A stretch of DNA of 32,000 nt, from contig CP010424.1 of the NCBI GenBank assembly GCA_000830275.1, positions 150,001 to 182,000 on the forward strand, written 5' to 3'. Position 1 is the stretch's first letter; every line of letters begins with the position of its first letter. Origin of the DNA: an archaeon GW2011_AR10 (GTDB lineage Archaea; Iainarchaeota; Iainarchaeia; Iainarchaeales; GW2011-AR10). The notes below the pieces were generated by a model, which did not search any database, was not told where the DNA came from, and worked only from the letters and a program-made list of their open reading frames with translations. The translations under genes and the position numbers were made by a program. Positions 8,652 through 17,700 of this stretch are shown piece by piece.

Positions 8652-9490
8652 TGGAACTGGAGCTAAAAAATATTTCAGTGAAGTATCCTGATTGGGGGAT
8701 GAACAATGTTTCCCTGTTGGTTGAGTCAGGAACTTTTCTTTCGGTTGTAGGGCCAAGCGGTTGCGGCAAAACAACCCTTCTCAAAACAATTTCTGGCCTG
8801 CAACCGCATTCTTCCGGGACTGTTTTGTTTGACGGAAAAATTGTGGACAATGTTCCTGTGCACAAGCGCGGCATTGGCTTTGTTTTCCAGGGAAACACTC
8901 TTTTCTCGCATCTGAATGTTTTTGAAAATGTTGCTTTCGGCCTCCGCATTAAAAAGCAGGAGGGAATTGAAAAAAAGGTAGAAAACCTACTTGCATTGGT
9001 TGGCCTGAAGGGCTTTTCTCAGAGAAATGTTCTCAAGCTGAGCGGTGGGCAGCAGCGTAGGGTGGAAATTGCGCGCGCATTGGCTATCGAGCCAAAGCTC
9101 CTGCTGATGGATGAGCCCTTAACTGGGTTAGATGCAAAACTAAGGGAAAAATTAAAGCAGCAGATAAAGGAAATCCAGTCAAAATTCGGAGTTACAACTG
9201 TTTATGTTACGCACGACATTGAGGAAGCGTTTTTTCTTTCCGACAAAATTGCTGTAATGAGTGACGCGAAAATAGAGCAGATTGGAAGCCCGGAGGAAAT
9301 TTTTCTCAAGCCAAAAACCCCTTTTGTGAAGGAATTCGTTTCGGATTACTCCATCATCGAGGCGCGCATTGAAAAAAACGGCGCTAAAAAAAGCCTTAAG
9401 GCATCAATTGGCATCCCGATGCAGGGCATTGAAGAGGGAACCTTCCTGCTTCCAATAAAAAAGAACAATTTGAAGAAAAAACCGGTTTAA
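8651..9490 (+). CDS. ABC importer ATP-binding protein
   Basis: Walker A GPSGCGKTT, signature LSGGQQRRV and Walker B LLLMDEP are present. The ATG at 8651 (MELELKNISV) overlaps the permease stop as TAATG. The track start at 8603 would overlap the permease by 49 nt. Confidence 0.85.
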   Translation: MELELKNISVKYPDWGMNNVSLLVESGTFLSVVGPSGCGKTTLLKTISGLQPHSSGTVLFDGKIVDNVPVHKRGIGFVFQGNTLFSHLNVFENVAFGLRIKKQEGIEKKVENLLALVGLKGFSQRNVLKLSGGQQRRVEIARALAIEPKLLLMDEPLTGLDAKLREKLKQQIKEIQSKFGVTTVYVTHDIEEAFFLSDKIAVMSDAKIEQIGSPEEIFLKPKTPFVKEFVSDYSIIEARIEKNGAKKSLKASIGIPMQGIEEGTFLLPIKKNNLKKKPV

Positions 9491-9535
9491 TGCTTTTAAC
9501 AACCCAAAAAACCCGCTGTCTTTGGGCGGTTGGTT

Positions 9536-9697
9536 TTAAGACTTCTTGGCCTTGTTCTTCAGCCTGAACTTCTTGTAACCGCATTTCCTGCACGCGTCAG
9601 GCCTCTTGCCTGGGGAACTCCTTATCTTTTTCTTGCATTTCAGGCAAACCCACACATTAGAGAAAATCCTGTTGTCTGCTGCCTCAAATCTTGCCAT
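9536..9697 (-). CDS. rpl40e: Ribosomal protein L40e (53 aa, C4 zinc ribbon)
   Basis: Below the ORF-track size cutoff. My translation is MARFEAADNRIFSNVWVCLKCKKKIRSSPGKRPDACRKCGYKKFRLKNKAKKS. It fits the archaeal L40e pattern R(I/V)F...C.KC..(n)..C(R)KCG...LR.K. Confidence 0.8.
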   Translation of the reverse strand: MARFEAADNRIFSNVWVCLKCKKKIRSSPGKRPDACRKCGYKKFRLKNKAKKS

Positions 9698-9729
9698 AAA
9701 ACCACTTTACAAATTTTATCACCATATTA

Positions 9730-9739
9730 CTTTATAAAG
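9730..9739. promoter_or_regulatory. Palindromic TATA box shared by divergent L40e and tRNA-Glu
   Basis: CTTTATAAAG is a perfect 10-bp palindrome. It lies 26 nt upstream of the tRNA-Glu 5' end and ~33-42 nt upstream of the L40e ATG on the other strand. Confidence 0.45.
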
Positions 9740-9764
9740 GATTTTTAGGGCAAATACTTTGTTT

Positions 9765-9871
9765 GCCCCGGTAGTGTAGCCCGGCCAAGGAAAAAGCCAG
9801 TTAATCTTTTTCCGCCGAAAGCACATCAGCCTTTCAAGCTGACAGCATGGGTTCAAATCCCGTCCGGGGCA
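9765..9871 (+). tRNA. tRNA-Glu(UUC) with a 32-nt non-canonical intron in the D-loop
   Basis: Acceptor GCCCCGG/CCGGGGC, D-stem GTGT/GCAC, anticodon arm TCAGC-CTTTCAA-GCTGA (UUC at 9833-9835) and T-arm ATGGG-TTCAAAT-CCCGT. The gene is 107 nt against ~75 nt for the mature tRNA. No CCA is encoded. Confidence 0.8.
9789..9820 (+). other. tRNA-Glu D-loop intron (position ~21/22) with a BHB-like fold
   Basis: The central 4-bp helix is CGGC (9782-9785) with GCCG (9814-9817). It is flanked by 3-nt bulges CAA (9786-9788) and AAA (9818-9820). The 8-bp inner helix is GGAAAAAG/CTTTTTCC. The outer helix is not contiguous, so this is a relaxed BHB. Confidence 0.65.
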
Positions 9872-9920
9872 CTTTGCTATTAGGCATTACTTTAATATAT
9901 TCTGGATTTGTACTTTTTGT

Positions 9921-10562
9921 ATGCCGAGAAAAATGAGGTTAACTTCCAGTAAACAGCCTGAAGGCGATTTTTCCAAGCACCTTAAGAAAATATGGATTGG
10001 TTCTTTCATACAAGAGGTCATGAAGGCAAAGGCGTTGAGCCCTGAAGAGGCAAGGATTGCTCACCAGGGGTTTGCAAGGAAAAAGTCTGAATGGCGTGCC
10101 TCACTTCGAAAAGCTTTGCGGGGAAAGGGAGGCTCGGATTCCATCCAACCCATTGTCAGGAATTCCGTGGTAAAGCTTAACCAATTTCCTTTTGTTTACA
10201 CGTGGGATTCTTTTCGTGACAGGCTTTTCATTAGAAAACCTAGTCTAAGCTGGGTTTCAATTCAGGAGGCAAGAAAACTCAAGGAACTTGAGTTCTCGTC
10301 GTCCTTCATTACTTTTTCAGTTGACCCGGCTTCCCCCCGCTCAGTAAATTTCATGGCGCGTCTATTGCAATGGTGTGACCGTTTCCCCGACATTAAAGTC
10401 TTAGGAGGAGGAAAAACGGTTGACTTGGTATCACAGACAAGGGAAACTAGAGCCCATTTCAGTATCCGGGGCTCTGAGGTGGATAAGCGGCTTGCTGAAT
10501 CAAAGAGGTTCTGGATGGAATTTGAAAAGTTTCTCGACGGTTTTGCAAAAGAAGGGAAATAA
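9921..10562 (+). CDS. Hypothetical protein (213 aa), no recognisable family
   Basis: Long ORF with the TATA-like CTTTAATATATT ~25 nt upstream, suggesting a leaderless transcript, and a T-run after the stop. I recognise no motif. Confidence 0.6.
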   Translation: MPRKMRLTSSKQPEGDFSKHLKKIWIGSFIQEVMKAKALSPEEARIAHQGFARKKSEWRASLRKALRGKGGSDSIQPIVRNSVVKLNQFPFVYTWDSFRDRLFIRKPSLSWVSIQEARKLKELEFSSSFITFSVDPASPRSVNFMARLLQWCDRFPDIKVLGGGKTVDLVSQTRETRAHFSIRGSEVDKRLAESKRFWMEFEKFLDGFAKEGK

Positions 10563-10572
10563 GCAGTAGGCT

Positions 10573-10586
10573 CGTCCGGGGCACTT
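10573..10586 (+). repeat. Second copy of the tRNA-Glu 3'-end 14-mer (att-like)
   Basis: CGTCCGGGGCACTT is identical to 9861-9874. Confidence 0.8.
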
Positions 10587-10598
10587 GTTTTTTCGCTT

Positions 10599-11357
10599 AT
10601 GAAAAGTTTTTTAAACCCTTTTTCATTTCCTCTTGTATCGAGGATGAAAGTAATGGACCTATCCCCCAAAAAGATTCTTTTTGTCTTGCTTTTCACGGCA
10701 TTAGTGCTGATTGGCGGCCAGATAAATTTTTCCCAGCTTCTTGGCGGAGATGAAAACCAGTTCTTCACGTTCTTCCAGTTTTTCGGGCCAATAGCAGGGG
10801 GCATTCTTGGCTCTGCAATAGGCGCAGTTTCAGTTCTTCTCGCGGAAATAATTAATTTCGTGTTTGCCGGGAACGAAATAAGCTTGGTTAACATAGGACG
10901 GCTTCTTCCAATGGTGTTTGCAGCAATTTACTTCGGCTCTGATTCAGCAAAAAAGCTTTCAGCAATTATTCCAATAGTTGCAATGGCGCTCTTCATTGTG
11001 CATCCAGTCGGAGCACAAGTATGGTATTATGCTGTTGTGTTCTGGAGCATTCCGCTGATAGTGAAATTCTTTGCTCCAAAGAACCTTTTCTTCAGGAGCC
11101 TTGGCGCAACCCTCACTGCCCACTCCGTTGGAGGGGTGCTGTGGATTTATGCTTTCAACACCACTCCAGAATTGTGGAACTTCCTGTTCTTTTCAGGAAC
11201 AGTTGTTTTTGAGAGGCTGCTTTTCGCGATAGGCATAAGCGTTTCGTTTGTGTTGATGACCACGTTCCTTGCAAGAGTTGAGCACTTGCTTCCGACAGGA
11301 ACTGTTTCACTTGACAAAAAGTATGACTTGTCAAGGGTTTTTGCTTCAAGGGCTTGA
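10599..11357 (+). CDS. Polytopic membrane protein of unknown function
   Basis: 252-aa ORF with ~6 hydrophobic segments. Its size and topology are compatible with an ECF S-component-like vitamin transporter, but no diagnostic motif is present. An alternative start lies at 10644. Confidence 0.6.
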   Translation: MKSFLNPFSFPLVSRMKVMDLSPKKILFVLLFTALVLIGGQINFSQLLGGDENQFFTFFQFFGPIAGGILGSAIGAVSVLLAEIINFVFAGNEISLVNIGRLLPMVFAAIYFGSDSAKKLSAIIPIVAMALFIVHPVGAQVWYYAVVFWSIPLIVKFFAPKNLFFRSLGATLTAHSVGGVLWIYAFNTTPELWNFLFFSGTVVFERLLFAIGISVSFVLMTTFLARVEHLLPTGTVSLDKKYDLSRVFASRA

Positions 11358-11429
11358 GCTCTGGCAGCGTGAATATGCTTTTAAAGCTTGATTAAGTGAA
11401 TTAAATAGTAATTCTTGTTTGGTGAATGG

Positions 11430-11561
11430 ATGGCTACTACTTCCAAGGACACGAGCAGGTTCAAGAAAACAAGGGCAAGGCAGCGCTGGAAATGGAAGAA
11501 GAAAAGAATGCGCAAAGAGAAAAGGAAAAAGCGCTACCTCAGAAAGAAGGCAAGGCAGTAG
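11430..11561 (+). CDS. rpl41e: Ribosomal protein eL41-like small basic protein (43 aa)
   Basis: My translation is MATTSKDTSRFKKTRARQRWKWKKKRMRKEKRKKRYLRKKARQ. The segment RWKWKKKRMRKEKRKKR aligns with eukaryotic eL41 [31 protein letters not shown] SD-like element lies just upstream. The ORF is below the track cutoff. Confidence 0.5.
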   Translation: MATTSKDTSRFKKTRARQRWKWKKKRMRKEKRKKRYLRKKARQ

Positions 11562-11591
11562 TTCTGCTGTTTCTTAATGCCTGCTTCTTTT

Positions 11592-12485
11592 TCATACAAC
11601 GTAGCTTAATATAAGAAAGCCGAGAATGAACAGAGAGTAGTGAATGTAAATCAGCTTGTACATGAAACCCATGTCAATTGCCTGCGGTTTGGTGATTGCT
11701 GTCCAATAAAGCGGCAGCGCAAGCAGTGACAGCAAAACAAGCCAAACGAATTTTAATGGAAGCACTCCTGAAAGCGAAGCATAAATGTAGGAAAACCCTC
11801 CGAAGGCCAAAGCAGCATACGAAACTATTTTTAGGTTTTTTTCTCCGAACAACACAACGCTGCTCTTGTACTCCATTTCTTTTTCGTGCTCTTTGCTGCT
11901 CATTCTGTACAAAACAAAGCCGCCAAACTGAACCCCCAGAATGAATCCAATTATTTCAATCGGTGCAGAGAAATTCTGCTGAACCAAAACCCACCCGGAA
12001 TAAAACCTGAAGAAAGGGTTAACCAGTGAGCCGCTTACAAGGTCAAAGAACGGTTTCTTCTTCAACTCAAACGGTTTCATTGTGTAAAGCAGCTGATTCA
12101 AAAGCATTGCCAGCAAAAAAACCAGGAACAAAAAATTGTTTAGCGCAAAAGCTATTGCGAATGCAATCAAAATCAATGAAAGGGAAAAAAGAAGCCCGCC
12201 TTTTGGTGAAACCCTCCCAGAAGGAATTGGCCTCAGCTTCTTGTGGCTGTGCTTTTTGTCCTTCCCCCAGTCAGTCCAGTCATTTAATGCGTATAAGCCG
12301 CCCCACAAAAAAGGGCCTACCGCCAGAAAGCCAGCCAGAAAAACCAGCCAGTCAAAGCCAGAAAAACCAGAAGCAATAATGGCTGCAATAACCATGTTTC
12401 CAAAAGTTTTGCTCCACTCCAAGGGCCTTGCCAGCTCAACGAAAGCCAAAAGCGTTTTCTTAAATGCCATAATCTCAAAAAGCAA
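11592..12485 (-). CDS. UbiA-family prenyltransferase (second paralogue in the window)
   Basis: 297-aa polytopic protein with the Asp-rich motif NDWTDWGKDKK. Substrate unknown. Confidence 0.75.
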   Translation of the reverse strand: MLFEIMAFKKTLLAFVELARPLEWSKTFGNMVIAAIIASGFSGFDWLVFLAGFLAVGPFLWGGLYALNDWTDWGKDKKHSHKKLRPIPSGRVSPKGGLLFSLSLILIAFAIAFALNNFLFLVFLLAMLLNQLLYTMKPFELKKKPFFDLVSGSLVNPFFRFYSGWVLVQQNFSAPIEIIGFILGVQFGGFVLYRMSSKEHEKEMEYKSSVVLFGEKNLKIVSYAALAFGGFSYIYASLSGVLPLKFVWLVLLSLLALPLYWTAITKPQAIDMGFMYKLIYIHYSLFILGFLILSYVV

Positions 12486-12710
12486 CAGAAACCTTTAAAA
12501 ATCAAGATAATGTCTAATATATAGGAACAAATTAACACTTACAGGATTCCAAGAGTGTTATTTTTCCACGCACGCTGCAACGCTTTGTTGTAGCGTTCAA
12601 CGGATTTTACCAATTCTATTGGTAGGCATTGCGCCGCTTTTTCACAGTTAGATATGAGCATCCAAGCTTTTTTGGATGTGATGCAGGCAACCGGTTGATG
12701 CAAGAAGTTT

Positions 12711-12734
12711 CTTGCAGGAACAACCAATTCCATT
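12711..12734 (+). other. 5' strand of the pre-16S processing helix with a canonical BHB motif (partner 14281-14304)
   Basis: The 13-bp helix pairs CTTGCAGGAACAA with TTGTTCCTGCAAG. The central 4-bp helix pairs CCAA with TTGG. The 3-nt bulges are TTC (12728-12730) and AAC (14289-14291), and the inner helix pairs CATT with AATG. Confidence 0.75.
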
Positions 12735-12768
12735 CAGGTTTCAAAAGCATGATCAAGGAGTCATGTAG

Positions 12769-14252
<1,484 letters not shown>

Positions 14253-14395
14253 TCAATCTATTACGAAAAAAATGTTTCGTAATGTTGGAACTTGTTCCTG
14301 CAAGCTTTTGATTGCATTAGCCGGTTTGCCTGTTGCAAAAAAAAAATTTGGCTCTGCAACGGGTTCGTGCTTGCTGGCTGAGGCCTGTTGAAGTC

Positions 14396-14468
14396 GGGCT
14401 CTTAGCTCAGCTGGTAGAGCGCCTCGTTTGCAACGAGGAGGCCACGAGTTCGAATCTCGTAGAGTCCA
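14396..14468 (+). tRNA. tRNA-Ala(UGC) in the 16S-23S spacer
   Basis: Clean cloverleaf: GGGCTCT TA GCTC AGCTGGTA GAGC G CCTCG TTTGCAA CGAGG AGGCC ACGAG TTCGAAT CTCGT AGAGTCC A. The G3:U70 identity pair is present. Confidence 0.95.
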
Positions 14469-14469
14469 T

Positions 14470-14515
14470 AAACGGAAACCTCCGTTTACGAGGTATGCCA
14501 TGCGTTGCATGGCAT
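14470..14515 (+). repeat. Two-hairpin module, copy E, immediately 3' of tRNA-Ala
   Basis: Sequence AAACGG-AAACCT-CCGTTT ACGAGG T ATGCCATGC-GTT-GCATGGCAT. It is near-identical in architecture and partly in sequence to copy D at 19609-19652. Confidence 0.7.
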
Positions 14516-14695
14516 TGGTTCGCTTCGCTCACAAAAGCAGGGAAGTCAGCCGGCACCTTGTATGTGTCCTTCCTTCAGAAGGACAGTAATACGGGGAAAA
14601 AAATTGTCGCTTACAAAATTGTTGTAAGGTCGCCGTTCAAAGATTTTTTTGAACGGTGCAACGCGCATTACATTTTTTTTGTTTTGCGTTGGTTG

Positions 14696-14727
14696 CTGCA
14701 TTGGTAGGTTCATCAGTTTAAGAATTC
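14696..14727 (+). other. 5' strand of the pre-23S processing helix with a canonical BHB motif (partner 17769-17800)
   Basis: The 11-bp helix pairs CTGCATTGGTA with TACCAATGCAG. The central helix pairs GGTT with AACC. The 3-nt bulges are CAT (14711-14713) and TAA (17787-17789). The inner helix pairs CAGTTTAAGAATTC with GAGAACTCTTAAACTG, with one mismatch. Confidence 0.75.
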
Positions 14728-17700
14728 TGCAAGCCATTTAGTGGATAACTAGGCTCAAGGGCTGACGAAGGGCGTGGCAAGCTGCGATAAGCCTTGGCGA
14801 GCTGCATGCAAGCATTGAACCAAGGATTCCTCAATTGTTCCGAAAGGAACGGTAACGCAGGGAATTGAAGCATCTTAGTACCTGCAGGAAAAGAAAGAAA
14901 CCTCGATGCCCTTATTAGGGTCGACCGAAAAGGGCAGAGAACAAACCGAATCCTGCATGGCAACATGCGGGAAATGTGGTGTGCTTCAGGTACTTCCCTT
15001 AAAATCAGCTGAAGTCAACTGGAATGTTGTGCCATAGAGCGTGAAAGCCGCGTAAGCAAAGTTTTTGGGGAAGATTCCTGAACGTAAGAGTATGGCGCGT
15101 TGGATCTCGCGTCAGAAAATGCGAGCCATTAACTCGCAATTCTAAATACCTCTTGAGTCCGATAGAGAACTAGTACTGTGAAGGAAAGTTGAAAAGCACC
15201 CTTAGCGGGGGGTCAAAAGCGCTTGAAACTAAATGGCCACAGGGAGGCACGGCTCGAAAGAATAGACGCTTTTCGAAGTGAAGGTTTCAAAGAACCGGAA
15301 CGAGTTAAGCTGATCAGGGTTGTGCCGTACGTCCTGAAGCACGAGCGAGGGAATTAATGGTTGTGGCAAGGCTAACTGCTTCACGCAGGAAGCCGAAGCG
15401 AAAGCAAGGTTCCGCAGTTTCGATGAGGGAACAGGTACTCAAGTGCCTGAGTCACAGCTTTTAGACCTGAAGCCAGGTGATCTACTCTTGGGCAAGGTGA
15501 AGCCAATCAACCGATTGGTGGAGGCCTGCAACTAGTGTTAGTCCAACTGCTTAGGTGACCTGAGAGTAGGAGTAATATGCCATTCGAACCTGGCAATAGC
15601 AGGCTCCTTCCGAAGTAGCTCTAAGGCTAGCCTGGCTGGAGATAAATTGTGGTGTAGAGATACTGATTAGAAAGTACTGGTTGGAAACTTCCAGCTTTCT
15701 TGTCAAACTCCGAATCTGCAATTATCGTAGAAGGCCAGAGTAGGGGCACCGGCGTAAGGTCAGTGCCCTAAAGGGAAAGAACCCAGACTGAGGTTAAGGC
15801 CCATAAGTGCTGGTTAAGTGTAACGTGAAAAGCGTCGTTATCCTAAAACAGTAGGGAGGTTGGCTTAGAAGCAGCCATCCTTTAAAGAAAGCGTAACAGC
15901 TCACCTACCTAGGATGACGGCCTTGAAAATAATCTGGGCTAAACCAGCTGCCGATACCCCGGAATGCCAGCTGTGCTGGTAGTTTGGTAGGAAGGTGCTC
16001 TAATGGAGCAGAAGCAGGGAAGTGATTTCCTGTGGATCTGTTAGAGATATGGATCCTCGCGATAGTAATGATAAAGAGAGGTGAGAATCCTCTCCGTCGA
16101 AAGGGCTAGGGTTCCTTAGCGCTAATCGTTAGCTAAGGGTTAGTCGATCCTAAAGTGAACCGTAACACGAGTTCACTGAATGGGAAACAGGTTCATATTC
16201 CTGTACCATGCAAATACGTTCGGCAACGATTGCTCGTTTTTCGACGCTTTGGGTTAGGCCAAGCACACTTGTCTGTGTGTTTAACTGGCATAAATCTCTG
16301 GAGAGCCATAATGGCGAGAAAGAGATTAAAGCTAGGAATAGCTGCAAAGTTTGGCTGAGACCTAGAGCCCCTGAAAAGAGAAACGAGATGGATTTTGCAT
16401 GTCCGTACCAAGAACCGAGAAAGGTGCCCCTGGCTGAGAAGGCCAAGACGTCGCAGGGTAACCCCGTCAAGGGAATTCGGCAAATTAGCCCCGTATCTTC
16501 GGTATAAGGGGTGCCTATAGTTGCATAAACTATAGGTTGCAATAACAAGGGGAGTCCGACTGTTTATTAAAAACACAGGTGACCGCAAGCCAGAAATGGT
16601 GTGTATGGTTGCTGACTTCTGCTCACTGCCAGTACGTGAAACTCTCGTTCAAGAGAACTAAGCGCTGGTGAAGAGCGGGCCTAACTCTGAGGCTCTCACG
16701 GTAGCGTAATACCTTGCCGGTTTATTGCCGGCTTGCACCAAGGAAGTAACGAGATTCCCAATGTCCCTGAGGGGGGCCTGATGAACTCACTTCCCGGTGA
16801 ATATGCCGGGGATCTCCAATGGGAAGAGAAGACCCCACGGAGGTTTACCACAGTCTGATGCTGCGGTTTGGTTTTTAATGTGGAGCGTAGATGGGAGTCC
16901 TAGAAGCAATTTCGCTAGGAATTGTGGAGACAACAATGGAACACCATCCTTTGAGGACTAAATCGCTAACTTGAAAGAGGACAACATTTGATTTGGTGGT
17001 TGGGCTGGGGTGGCACGCCCCTGAAAAAGTATCAGGGGCGCCCAAAGGTCTGCTCATCCGAGTCAGAAATTCGGAGTGGAGTGCAAGAGCAAAAGCAGGC
17101 TTGACCATGGTCTACAAAGCAAGGAACGTGGATTCGAAAGAAGGGTCTAGCGAACGTCAGTGTGCCCTTTAATGGGGCCCTGGTCTGACAGTGAACTTAC
17201 CCTGGGGGTAATTGAGTGGTCGCGGGTGAGAGTCCATAAGCCTTTTCTTTTTCAAAAAGAAAAGCCTTGGGAAAAGAAAAAATTTTTTTCAAGGAAAAAT
17301 TAATGAAAAAGATGGCTGGATTTATCGACCCCGCGGTTTGCGACCTCGCCGTCGTCTCAAGGCATCCTGGCTGTGCATAAGCAGCCAAGGGTGGAGGTGT
17401 TAACTCATTAAAGCCTTACGTTAGTTGGGTTGAGAACGGTGCGAGCCAGTTTGGATACTATCTATTGGAGATGTTGAGTGCCTGAAGGGAAGATCCATTG
17501 AGTACGAGAGGAACGATGGGTCGTGGCCACTGCTTTGCCAGTTGTCTGACAAGGCATTGCTGGGTAGGTACGCCATAGCTTATAAGAGCTGAAGGCATCT
17601 AAGCTCGAAGAAGCCCCTGAAAAGAGGCACTCATTCCTGAATCAGTTTGTCCTCCGGGGCAGATTGTGTAGGGACGAGAGTGACGCTAAAAGAGCGGTTT

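Larger units (their letters stand above)
9872..10586 (+). mobile_element. Putative integrated cassette or remnant bounded by a duplicated tRNA-Glu 3' end
   Basis: The 14-nt exact direct repeat CGTCCGGGGCACTT occurs at 9861-9874 (tRNA T-stem end, 3' acceptor strand, discriminator and 3 nt beyond). It recurs at 10573-10586. The interval holds one orphan gene and no integrase. Confidence 0.35.

Noticed and set aside
10262-10894. 210-aa minus-strand ORF spanning the junction of two plus-strand genes
   Set aside because: It is antisense to two better-supported ORFs and has Ser/Pro/Lys-rich low-complexity composition without motifs. Typical shadow ORF.
11426-11614. 62-aa track ORF overlapping the eL41-like frame
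   Set aside because: It has a Glu/Lys-rich then hydrophobic tail and runs into the 3' end of the convergent UbiA gene. The +1-shifted 43-codon frame has a specific eL41-like pattern and is preferred, though neither is proven.
12539-12733. 64-aa minus-strand ORF just upstream of the 16S
   Set aside because: It lies in the rRNA leader, overlaps the pre-16S processing helix, and has no SD, TATA context or motif. Most likely a chance ORF.
17230-17323. Alternative BHB register for the H89 insert: outer helix GAGTCC/GGATTT, bulge ATA, helix AGCC/GGCT, bulge GAT
   Set aside because: This fold places the bulges 5' of the central helix on each strand. That is the opposite polarity to the validated BHBs in this window. 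Splicing there would leave 10 extra nt in the H89 loop. The register centred on GTCC/GGAT is preferred.
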